Virus record (IMG/VR): IMGVR_UViG_3300046791_000095
Span: 673-64,672 of that record
Strand: one strand, 5' to 3'
From: a virus
Taxonomy: Duplodnaviria; Caudoviricetes
Length of the DNA: 64,000 nt
Shown here in pieces: positions 56,535 through 64,000 of the stretch (positions within the stretch are counted from its first letter, which is position 1; each line of letters opens with the position of its first letter). The notes beneath the pieces are model-generated. The model searched no databases. It was not told the origin of the DNA and worked only from the letters and a program-made list of their open reading frames with translations. A program made the position numbers and the translations under genes.

Positions 56535-56818
56535 TCCGGCACCGAGCCTCGGTCTCCGCGCACTGGCGGGATTGGGATCATCCCTCGACTGGCGCTAAAG
56601 CCGCGAGGGTCCTGGAAGTTCTTGTGAGCGTGATGGGCTTTCTGGAGGAGAGCTTGGCGGCCGGCGTAGAGGATGTCCGATTCGCTCGCGTCCTTGTGCT
56701 CGGCAGCGTACGCCTGCTCAGCTTCAAGGCGCGTGGTCTTGCAGGAGCCACAGGTGTTGGCAGAGTACTCGGACGGTTCCTTCGGGGCTCCGCAGTTCTG
56801 GCAGTAGGCAGTAAGCAT
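56531..56818 (-). CDS. zinc-finger protein
   Basis: CQNC...CGSC. Confidence 0.6.
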   Translation of the reverse strand: MLTAYCQNCGAPKEPSEYSANTCGSCKTTRLEAEQAYAAEHKDASESDILYAGRQALLQKAHHAHKNFQDPRGFSASRGMIPIPPVRGDRGSVPE

Positions 56819-57204
56819 TAGCTCACACTCTCTTCGGCCAGGAGGAAGGCGTCGTGGAGATGTCCGTCGCCCGGAGCACCGATCACACCGTGCGTCATGG
56901 CTGCGATGGTCTGACGCAGGAGCGGGGAGTCCATGCTACTCGCGTTGAAGCTGTTGGCCATGTCGTTGAAGCGACCGACCCAGGCAAGCAGGATCATGAG
57001 GGCTCGCGAGGCATCGTCACCGAGGAGGGCCTGCTCCATGAATCCGGGGAGAGCGCGCTCGGGGATGAGGAAGATGATGCGAGCAGGATCGGAGTGGTCC
57101 TGAATGAACTCAGGCGAGTTGATCTTCTCGTGGGTCCACGCATTGGCGCACCAAGGGCGGACGAGATCGAGATAACGGCGCATGGCAGAGCGAGTGAAGA
57201 GCAT
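56818..57204 (-). CDS. hypothetical protein
   Basis: Coupled at both ends. Confidence 0.6.
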   Translation of the reverse strand: MLFTRSAMRRYLDLVRPWCANAWTHEKINSPEFIQDHSDPARIIFLIPERALPGFMEQALLGDDASRALMILLAWVGRFNDMANSFNASSMDSPLLRQTIAAMTHGVIGAPGDGHLHDAFLLAEESVS

Positions 57205-57524
57205 CAGAGGTTCCTTTCGTTCGGGTCTTGCTTCGAGTCGGGTGGAATGGGGACGGCGTCGAGAGTGCGGGTGATCCAGGGTGCGTCGATTCCCCAGTGG
57301 ACACTCGTGGGGGAGACGAAGAGCTTGTCGCGCTCACGGCAGGCAAGGAGTGTGCGGTAGTGCATCAGCGTGTTGTCGTTGTGCTCAACGACGAGAACAT
57401 TGACGCCATGCTTGTTCTTGACCCACTGGACTGCGGATGGTTCACACCAGCAGTCGGTCGAGTTGAGATGACCGTTCTCGGCATTCATGACATGGACTTC
57501 GTTTCGTTCCATGTTGCGCCTCAT
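57204..57524 (-). CDS. hypothetical protein
   Basis: H....CWCEP...VEHN motif; ATGA coupling. Confidence 0.6.
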   Translation of the reverse strand: MRRNMERNEVHVMNAENGHLNSTDCWCEPSAVQWVKNKHGVNVLVVEHNDNTLMHYRTLLACRERDKLFVSPTSVHWGIDAPWITRTLDAVPIPPDSKQDPNERNL

Positions 57525-57913
57525 GTACTTTCCTTTCGCTGGAGCTTCGTGTTGATCGCCTCTTCCCAAAGGTGGAGGCGCTTGGGCGACTTGCGAATGT
57601 ACTCCATCATGTGCGCGTCGAGAGCGAGGATGCAAACCTCTTCGAGTGAGCCATCGACGATGCCGATGAAGGTGGAGATGAAAACGACGTGGAGGAGTTC
57701 GTGGATGACGGTGGAGATGTGATCCATGACGCCCGTTTGCTGATTCGCGTCTACCTTGATGACGATGTTGGTCGGCGGGGTGATCTCATCCCAGAGGCTG
57801 AGGCCCTGCTGTGCCACCATCGGGCCGAAGGTCAGGTGGACTTCCGGGTGATTGAGGAGTTCCAGGAGGACTGAGTGGAGCTTCTGGCGCGTCAGTGGAT
57901 ACTTTCCCTTCAT
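57521..57913 (-). CDS. HExxH zincin-like metallopeptidase
   Basis: TVIHELLH...LEE. Confidence 0.6.
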   Translation of the reverse strand: MKGKYPLTRQKLHSVLLELLNHPEVHLTFGPMVAQQGLSLWDEITPPTNIVIKVDANQQTGVMDHISTVIHELLHVVFISTFIGIVDGSLEEVCILALDAHMMEYIRKSPKRLHLWEEAINTKLQRKEST

Positions 57914-58538
57914 CGGAGGGCTCCACGGTGAATGCTTCGTTCACAGCAGCGAGGGTGATCGTGGGGCCGCATGCAACCATCATTTCCTTGAGACGCGAAG
58001 TCGCCTCCGCACGGGTCATCGGAACCGATGGGCCGAGGTCCTTCGCCTTCGCCTTCTCCTTGAGCTTCTGCCAGAGCGTCGATGCGCTCATGCGCGTGTC
58101 GGGATGGAGGCGTGGGTCGAAGATGAAGCGGAGACACTGCTTGATGACGCGCTTCTCGATCTCCTCTTCCGTGAGATCGCCCGCGTCGTACATATCGATC
58201 ATGTCCGACATGGCCTTCATGGCTTCATGGTCGAGCATCTTCGATGGCTTGCTCGGATTATCGAGGGCCGGCTCTGCTGATTCGCTAGAGGGCTCAGATA
58301 CCTCCGCAGCGCGTGGAGTCGTTGGACGCGACGGGCGCGTCTTCGGAGCCTTTGCTACGGTCTGAGGCTTGCGCGAGGGCGGGAGCCGGCTCTCGGAAAT
58401 CAGAGCGCGACGTGCGATGGCGATTGTGGCAGTCGAGACTTTTGCCCCGATTGCCTGCTGCTCCTTCGTTTCGTCCGGATGGGCCAGGATGTACTCTGTG
58501 GCCTGCTTGAACTTCAGTTCACGAAGCGTTGTCATCAT
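57786..58538 (-). CDS. HTH protein, candidate terminase small subunit
   Basis: First gene of the late arm; N-terminal HTH-like segment (QQAIGAKVSTATIAIAR). Confidence 0.45.
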   Translation of the reverse strand: MMTTLRELKFKQATEYILAHPDETKEQQAIGAKVSTATIAIARRALISESRLPPSRKPQTVAKAPKTRPSRPTTPRAAEVSEPSSESAEPALDNPSKPSKMLDHEAMKAMSDMIDMYDAGDLTEEEIEKRVIKQCLRFIFDPRLHPDTRMSASTLWQKLKEKAKAKDLGPSVPMTRAEATSRLKEMMVACGPTITLAAVNEAFTVEPSDEGKVSTDAPEAPLSPPGTPQSPGSPPDLRPDGGTAGPQPLG

Positions 58539-58633
58539 ATACGTCCGTATTTTTGGGTGGCCTGGGGGCTGCGCACATTTCGCGCCATCGTTGGGGGGTC
58601 TCCGGGACCCTCCCATGCGAGCAGGCGCCCACG

Positions 58634-59530
58634 TTGGCACGAGTCTTGCTACAGCAAGTAGCGTGCCAGCATGCATGCACCCCGCGCAGGCTCGCGCGCT
58701 CGTTGGCATGGTTCTTGCCATAGCACATATCGTGCCAGCGGGCGACCCAGACCAGCGTAGCATAGATCGTGCCGGGATGCAAGCTGGAACAGTCAAGCGC
58801 GCGCAAAGCTTTTCCCGCCCCGAATTGCGTGTTGTCACACAGAACTGAGGGCGCGGCGAGTCGAATGCGGAACAGGGCGAGCCCACCCACAAGCAAGCCG
58901 AGTGCCAGTCTTCTAAGTTGTAATGTAATAGAACAAATAATTACAAGCATAAGGTGGCACAGTTCCACTGTAGCCCGCCCCATCCGGGGCTACACAGTGA
59001 AAGCCTGTGCAACACCTAAGGCGCATGCAATGACTATGCCAAGAACTCTGGCACGCCGCTTGCTAGTCCGCGAAAACGCTCCAACCCTCTGTCCCCCAAC
59101 GCGTTACACCATTCGTTCGAGAAGGCCCCTAGCGTGCCCGCTGGCCGCGCCAATATGGCCGCGTGCCTCCCCATAGCCGCGCCCACCTGTGCAGTAGCGT
59201 AACCCCAACTCGCACATCACGTTGCGCCGTTTCCCCGACCCATCGAGGGAACAAAAACTCGCCGCGCTCCGTCGATCCTAGGAGCCCGCCCTCGCTGCTC
59301 GCCTGCGCACCCGGGCGCTCCCTCGTTCAGTTTCGCAACAGTGCCCCGAGAGGGCGTGTCCAAATTGACACACTCGCCCCGATTCTGACCTGTGCCACGC
59401 GCCCCTATCTAATGAGTAGAAGTCAAAATCACGTCGTGCAGAAAAGTGTTGCATCACTCGCACTCTGCATGCTACACTGGTCTGAGCAGCACGAGGTCGC
59501 AAGAGGTTACACTGTGGCATCACCCTTGCA
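58634..59530. promoter_or_regulatory. array of nine sigma54 (-24/-12) motifs
   Basis: GG-N10-GC (TGGCA.....TTGC-like) at 58634+, 58653-, 58703+, 58722-, 58759-, 58892-, 59026-, 59048+, 59514+. Confidence 0.75.
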
Positions 59531-59540
59531 CTCTACTTCG

Positions 59541-60046
59541 TCAGTCACACGATCCGAAGCGCCAAGAGCCCGAAGGACCCGCAAGGTCCCGTGGGACGAT
59601 AGAGCGGACGGAACGACAGGAGCGGCCCGGAACGGGCCATAAGAGTAGCCCAAGCCTAACGGAACAGGTGCGCGTCCTGCCTCTTCACCAGTGGCGGCGA
59701 ACCCATCGACCAGCGGCGAAAGCGCCTCCACCCAGTGCAGCGCGAAGCGGTAGTCGGAACGCACGCCCCATCGGCACTCGCACTCGCCACACCTCGATGC
59801 AGCCCCGCAACGGGCCGCCCGGGTGGAAGCGACCGCGAAGGCCACGACGACATGGGAGAGCGAGAAGGCGCAGAGCCTCCACGAGAGGCGGCACACAAGC
59901 GGCAGGGCAAACGCACCTAGAGCGGAATGCGCGCGACCAACAGATCGGCCGAAGCTGGCCGGATGCGCGCACACTGCGATGATGCCGGGATACCGGCGAG
60001 CGGTGAAACGCGACGACCTTAGGAACGAGCCCGAGCCGAATGAGTC
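59541..60046 (+). ncRNA. large (~500 nt) structured non-coding RNA
   Basis: Nested long-range stems, many hairpins, k-turn-like motif, T-poor with purine-rich linkers; bounded by a sigma54 site and a ribozyme cleavage site. Confidence 0.6.
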
Positions 60047-60177
60047 GTGAGATGGTGTAGGTCTCGGCGACGGCTGCATCAAGAACGAGGAGCACTGGGT
60101 TCGAAGCCCGTGCTCGGATGCTAGCCCGAGAGACCTCACCGCCTCTCACCTGACGAGCCCCAGAAGGGCGAAACTCA
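60041..60177 (+). ncRNA. type III hammerhead ribozyme
   Basis: TGAGTC^ / stem I GTGAGA..TCTCAC / CTGACGA / stem II GCCC-CAGAA-GGGC / GAAACTCA. Confidence 0.88.
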
Positions 60178-60191
60178 ACCTAGGAGGCGTT

Positions 60192-60530
60192 GTGGCCCTC
60201 ACCATCGATTGTCGCACCAGCCCGGACCAGTCCGAGGTCGCCATCTACACGCGGCAGCAGTGGCTTCAGATCGTCGCCTTCATGATGATGTTCGTGGGCA
60301 TCTCGGACATCACCGAAGCGAACCTCGACGAGACTTACCGTCGCATGCACCTCTGGGAGAGCACTGGCGGCCCGCTCGCGGGCGACATCCACGGTCCGGT
60401 CACCGAGGCCACGCTCCGCTACTTCATCGGCGCCCACGCGAACGTCAGCACGATGACCAAGCGTCAGTTCACCGCCCGCTTCAAGTGCTACGCTGCGGAC
60501 GTGGCGACGCGCAAAGCGAAGGCGGCCTGA
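60192..60530 (+). CDS. early hypothetical protein
   Basis: AGGAGG RBS directly after the hammerhead. Confidence 0.7.
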   Translation: MALTIDCRTSPDQSEVAIYTRQQWLQIVAFMMMFVGISDITEANLDETYRRMHLWESTGGPLAGDIHGPVTEATLRYFIGAHANVSTMTKRQFTARFKCYAADVATRKAKAA

Positions 60531-60531
60531 C

Positions 60532-60699
60532 ATGCCCGACATCGACCTCATCATCCGCTACGAGCAGGGCGAACTGGACCACGACGAGACCGTCGCCCTC
60601 TTCCAATCGCTCGTGAGCAGCGGCCTCGCGTGGACGCTCCAAGGTCACTACGGCCGCATGGCCATGCACCTCATCGAGGAAGGACTGGTGACCCGGTGA
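60532..60699 (+). CDS. 55-aa conserved phage early protein (not in ORF track)
   Basis: YEQGELD....LFQ.LV.SG.AW.LQGHYGR, a common phage family pattern. Confidence 0.75.
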   Translation: MPDIDLIIRYEQGELDHDETVALFQSLVSSGLAWTLQGHYGRMAMHLIEEGLVTR

Positions 60700-60848
60700 G
60701 AACCTACTTCATCGCCGTCAAGCGTCTCGGCAGCCCCGCACTCCACTTCGAGGCGAAGGGCCGCCCCGGTGTCCTACTCTCCTCTCTCTGGGGTTTCTAC
60801 CCGTGGGCAACCACCATCGAGATCGTCCGGGAGGTCAAGCGTGGATAG
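60696..60848 (+). CDS. small hypothetical protein
   Basis: GTGA coupling. Confidence 0.45.
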   Translation: MRTYFIAVKRLGSPALHFEAKGRPGVLLSSLWGFYPWATTIEIVREVKRG

Positions 60849-61065
60849 CCTCGCAGTCATCAACTCCATCGGTCGCACGCGTCGCACGCGTCGGCCTCGC
60901 ACCCCGAAGCGCGCCCGGTACTACTGGCGCGTCGTCTTCGGCCCGAACTGGTGCCGCTACGGTCGCACCTTCGCGAAGTCTGACACGGTGCGAACCGTTC
61001 TCGACACCCTCGAATCCAAGTATCCTCACGCCCGGCGCGTGGAAGTCACCACGCACCCCTTCTAG
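60841..61065 (+). CDS. small Arg-rich protein
   Basis: GGAGG RBS before GTG60841. Confidence 0.55.
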   Translation: MDSLAVINSIGRTRRTRRPRTPKRARYYWRVVFGPNWCRYGRTFAKSDTVRTVLDTLESKYPHARRVEVTTHPF

Positions 61066-61076
61066 GAGGCACCACC

Positions 61077-61316
61077 ATGCATCCCGTTCGCGTGTGCGTC
61101 GAGACCACTGACGCGAGCATCGAGTACCTCGTCCACGTCCGCAACCACTCGCGCCACGCCCTGACCGGCGCGGTGCGCAGCGGCTGGAGACGGTACCCTG
61201 CGGCCCGCTCGGTCATCGCCGAGTTCACCGAGCACGACTGCGCGACCTGTGCGCGCACTCACACCGTCGCCCCGGTGCGTCGCGTCTTCAAGCGCACCAG
61301 CAAGCGGGTGGCCTGA
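61077..61316 (+). CDS. hypothetical protein
   Basis: AGGAGG RBS. Confidence 0.6.
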   Translation: MHPVRVCVETTDASIEYLVHVRNHSRHALTGAVRSGWRRYPAARSVIAEFTEHDCATCARTHTVAPVRRVFKRTSKRVA

Positions 61317-61537
61317 TGCAAGGCCGTCATCTCTCGCACCGAGTGCGGTGGATATGCGAGCCGGTCATCAACCGCATCGCTGGTCATCTCTACTACCGGG
61401 TGACCTCACGCAACGGCTCCATGCAGTACGCTGAGGTTCGCGCGACTCGGCGCATGGCTTCGTACTGGGCAACTCACATCGTCACGTTCACCAACGCGGT
61501 CTCGGCCGAACAGATGGCCGACGACTCGATGTGGTAG
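61316..61537 (+). CDS. hypothetical protein
   Basis: TGATG coupling. Confidence 0.5.
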   Translation: MQGRHLSHRVRWICEPVINRIAGHLYYRVTSRNGSMQYAEVRATRRMASYWATHIVTFTNAVSAEQMADDSMW

Positions 61538-61545
61538 GAGGCATC

Positions 61546-61767
61546 ATGAGACTGCTCGAACTGGCCACACTGCTCAACGTGTCGCAGGCTCAGATCGTTG
61601 AGGTCCTCAAAACTCCTGAGGGGTGCATGCCTCAATACCATGTCACCGTGACCCGGCACATGCTCGAAAGCTGGAAGCGTGAGATGCGCGAAGCCGAGAT
61701 GTACCTCAGACAGCAGTTGCCTGTGGAAGTGGAACGCGACGAGAACAACCTTCCCCCCGCGAGGTGA
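61546..61767 (+). CDS. hypothetical protein
   Basis: AGGAGG RBS. Confidence 0.6.
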   Translation: MRLLELATLLNVSQAQIVEVLKTPEGCMPQYHVTVTRHMLESWKREMREAEMYLRQQLPVEVERDENNLPPAR

Positions 61768-62090
61768 ACATGAAACGCACTCCGATGTTTCTGCACCTGT
61801 TCCACGGGCGCAACGCACCCGACGAGGACATGAGCGACTGGGGCTTCGAAGGCCCGGTGCTCAAGATCGAAGGCTTCCACGTCACCTACGAGAGCACCTA
61901 CCGGATCGGCATTCCCGCTGAGATCGGCTCGGACCATGACTGGGAGGAGTTGCACTTCGATGGCGGTTGCCTGTACTATGCAGGCAAGTGGTACGGCGAC
62001 TGGAGCATCTTCGCCGCTGGAACTGACCCCGACCTCGAAGCGCGTGTCGAGCGGGTCGTCGTGAAGTCTCTCGCTCCGGAGGTCAAGTGA
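61764..62090 (+). CDS. conserved phage early protein
   Basis: LHLFHGR..PDEDM.DWGF.GP, YYAGKWYGDWSIF. Confidence 0.7.
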   Translation: MNMKRTPMFLHLFHGRNAPDEDMSDWGFEGPVLKIEGFHVTYESTYRIGIPAEIGSDHDWEELHFDGGCLYYAGKWYGDWSIFAAGTDPDLEARVERVVVKSLAPEVK

Positions 62091-62374
62091 ACCCCAGAAT
62101 GAAACGACTCGACGCGCTCGAAGGACCTGTCCTCGCCGCACGCCTGCGTGATGCGGTGAATGCAGACATCTACACCGAAGCGCCCGAGTGCATGTCCTAC
62201 GTCGATGAGCACACCGACGTGATGCTCGCAGTGGTGAAGCGCCTCACCGAACTCGACAAGATGGTCCGCGACCTCGCGGACGTGATCGAAGCGCACCAAG
62301 TTCACGGCGACGTGGACTTCACCCAGTGGGTGATCGATGCTCGCATGCTCACGAAGGAACATCCGGGCTCGTGA
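62087..62374 (+). CDS. hypothetical protein
   Basis: GTGA coupling; GGAGG RBS. Confidence 0.6.
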   Translation: MNPRMKRLDALEGPVLAARLRDAVNADIYTEAPECMSYVDEHTDVMLAVVKRLTELDKMVRDLADVIEAHQVHGDVDFTQWVIDARMLTKEHPGS

Positions 62375-62472
62375 CCTCGCGCTGAGAGTCTTTGTCTTCC
62401 TCCTCATCCTCGCTCACTGGACCGTGGCCATCACGGCCGTGGTCTACGTCAAACACCACCCGGAGGTTCTGC

Positions 62473-62688
62473 ATGCGCAACAACCAGCGCACCTCACGCG
62501 TCACCACGACGCTCCCTGAGCACGAGATCGTGTATCAGGGTTTCGACATCCTCGCGGCCCTCGACACTCAACTGCTCAACGGCCTGCGCCACTGCGACAC
62601 GATCCTCACGAAGGAGCGCGTCACCGGCAGCACCCTCCGCGACCCGAATCCGTGGTTCTACGAGGTCGTCGCGTACCCCAACCAGTAG
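62473..62688 (+). CDS. hypothetical protein
   Basis: GGAGG RBS before ATG62473. Confidence 0.5.
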   Translation: MRNNQRTSRVTTTLPEHEIVYQGFDILAALDTQLLNGLRHCDTILTKERVTGSTLRDPNPWFYEVVAYPNQ

Positions 62689-62727
62689 TTCACCCTCACT
62701 CAACCTCAACGAGAAGGAGTTCACGTC

Positions 62728-63789
62728 ATGGCACACGAGATCATGGGCAACCGCTTCCTCGCGCGTAGCAAGTCGGCGTGGCACAACCTCGGCACCATCT
62801 TCAACGAAGACGAGAAGCTCACCGCCTCGCAGGCGATGGAGCAGGTGGCAGGTGGGCTCAGCTTCGACCGTGCGCCCGTGTCGTACACCCTCGATGGGGT
62901 GACGCACGAGATGCCCGACACGAAGGTCATCATCCGGCGCCCCACTGCCGACGACCCGAAGCCACTCGTGCTCGGCATGGCCTCGGATTCGTGGGCGGCC
63001 GACACATACCCGGACCTCGCGAAGACGCTGGACCCGCTGCATCCCTCCTACCCTGTCGAGACTGCTGGCATCCTCAAGGGTGGCGGCCTCGCGTTCCTCT
63101 GCTTCCGTGGTGAGGACTGGGCGGTCAAGGGCGACGAGATGCGCAGCTACTTCGCGGCCAACTTCAGCCTGACGCCGGGCGAAGGTCACCGTATCTTCCA
63201 CTCGCCCGTCCGTGTTGTCTGCTGGAACACGAACACGATGGCGCAGGGGCAGGCGAGCATCAACCTGCGCATCTCGCACTCGGCCGACGCCAAGGCGCAG
63301 ATGAATCTCGCGGCCAGGTTGGTGACCCAGTTCGCCGAGATGAAGGACAAGGCGGCTGGCATCTTCGCGGCCTTCGCGGATCAGCAGGTGACGCAGAAGG
63401 ATGTGGACTCGATCATCTGGGCGGCGTTCCAGTTGCCGGCGCTGCCCTCGAAGCTGAAGCTCCTGAAGCAGAGTCTCAGCGAGACCGAGGCTGCCGTCTT
63501 CAAGCGTGCCCTCACGCCTGACCTTCTGCTCGACCTGAACCGTGAGCAGGAGCGGTACGACCGGCAGTGCGAGAACACCGTCAAGCTGCGCGAGGCTGCG
63601 CAGAAGTCGTTCGAGGAGTTCAGCCCGGCTAACCTGCGAGGGACGGCATGGGCGGCGTACAACGCGGTGACCGAGGTGTCCGACTGGCGTGAGGGCCGTG
63701 AGGCCGACATCAGCGCGCTCATCGGGAGCCGTGCACAGGAGAAGTCGCGGGCCTACGTGGCTGCGATGGAAGTGGTGGGCATCAAGTAA
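62728..63789 (+). CDS. DUF932/DUF945-family protein
   Basis: AWHNLG, ETAG.LKGG, SPVRVVCWNT, RISH, RGTAWAAYNAVTE. Confidence 0.85.
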   Translation: MAHEIMGNRFLARSKSAWHNLGTIFNEDEKLTASQAMEQVAGGLSFDRAPVSYTLDGVTHEMPDTKVIIRRPTADDPKPLVLGMASDSWAADTYPDLAKTLDPLHPSYPVETAGILKGGGLAFLCFRGEDWAVKGDEMRSYFAANFSLTPGEGHRIFHSPVRVVCWNTNTMAQGQASINLRISHSADAKAQMNLAARLVTQFAEMKDKAAGIFAAFADQQVTQKDVDSIIWAAFQLPALPSKLKLLKQSLSETEAAVFKRALTPDLLLDLNREQERYDRQCENTVKLREAAQKSFEEFSPANLRGTAWAAYNAVTEVSDWREGREADISALIGSRAQEKSRAYVAAMEVVGIK

Positions 63790-63796
63790 GGACAAT

Positions 63797-64000
63797 CGGG
63801 CGCTGCCTCACTCGACGCGTACAGTGAGGAACAACAGGGCTGCCCGTGAAGCGGGGTGGGAGCGCAACGTCAGTATGACGCCCACCTCGTGAAGATCGTG
63901 GCGAGTGGGCATCACTGAGAGCGCGCCGCACGACGACGCTCAAGGTGCTCTGCCCGCTCCCCCACACTATGGGGCGGCGACGAGGATAGGACCCGTGCCG
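63797..64000 (+). ncRNA. structured RNA, apparently continuing across the window end into nt 1-50
   Basis: Stems CCTCACT/AGTGAGG, GCGGGGTGGG/CCCACCTCGT, GAGTGGGCA/TGCCCGCTC, CCCCA/TGGGG. Confidence 0.55.

Noticed and set aside
58634-59064. TGGCAC repeats as a CRISPR array
   Set aside because: Degenerate, mixed orientation, irregular spacing, and no cas operon.
59541-60046. RNase P RNA, tmRNA or group I/II intron
   Set aside because: No GAGGAAAGUCC-type P4 signature, tRNA-like ends, tag ORF or domain V found.
58540-60190. Many 60-210 aa ORFs on both strands of the control region
   Set aside because: No RBS, low-complexity Arg/Ala/Pro translations and atypical codon usage; DNA motifs and RNA structure explain the region better.
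62494-63795. 433-aa minus-strand ORF and similar long antisense ORFs (e.g. 9784-10785, 46040-47083)
   Set aside because: Shadow frames of well-supported genes, expected from GC-rich codon bias.
1-64000. Integrase, repressor or prophage boundaries
   Set aside because: No recombinase motifs or host-like flanking genes were recognised.

Overview
The window is essentially a complete ~64 kb GC-rich tailed-phage genome of probable podovirus-like architecture (portal, SU10-type capsid, nozzle and ejection proteins, no tape-measure gene or integrase seen). There are two divergent arms. The + strand (about 60.2 kb to the end, then 1-26.5 kb) carries early genes, a DUF932 protein, an RNA-repair set (CCA enzyme, RtcB, Rnl2-like ligase, phosphatases), an NAD+ salvage pair (NMNAT-Nudix plus NAMPT), GroES, a cytidylyltransferase and GT2, replication genes (helicase, primase, UDG-PolA), a lysozyme and a tRNA/ncRNA array. 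The - strand (58.5 to 26.8 kb) carries packaging, head, tail, ejection and holin genes. Most unusual features: (1) a ~1.65 kb non-coding control region with nine sigma54 (-24/-12) motifs, the last directly upstream of a ~500 nt highly structured RNA that ends in a type III hammerhead ribozyme; (2) further structured and tRNA-like RNAs, including a tRNA with a Trp-type body whose anticodon reads TGG (the exact inversion of CCA) inside a perfect 8-bp inverted repeat; (3) six or seven small virion-region proteins sharing an N-terminal (K/R)xNP motif. All family assignments come from motif recognition by eye, not database searches.
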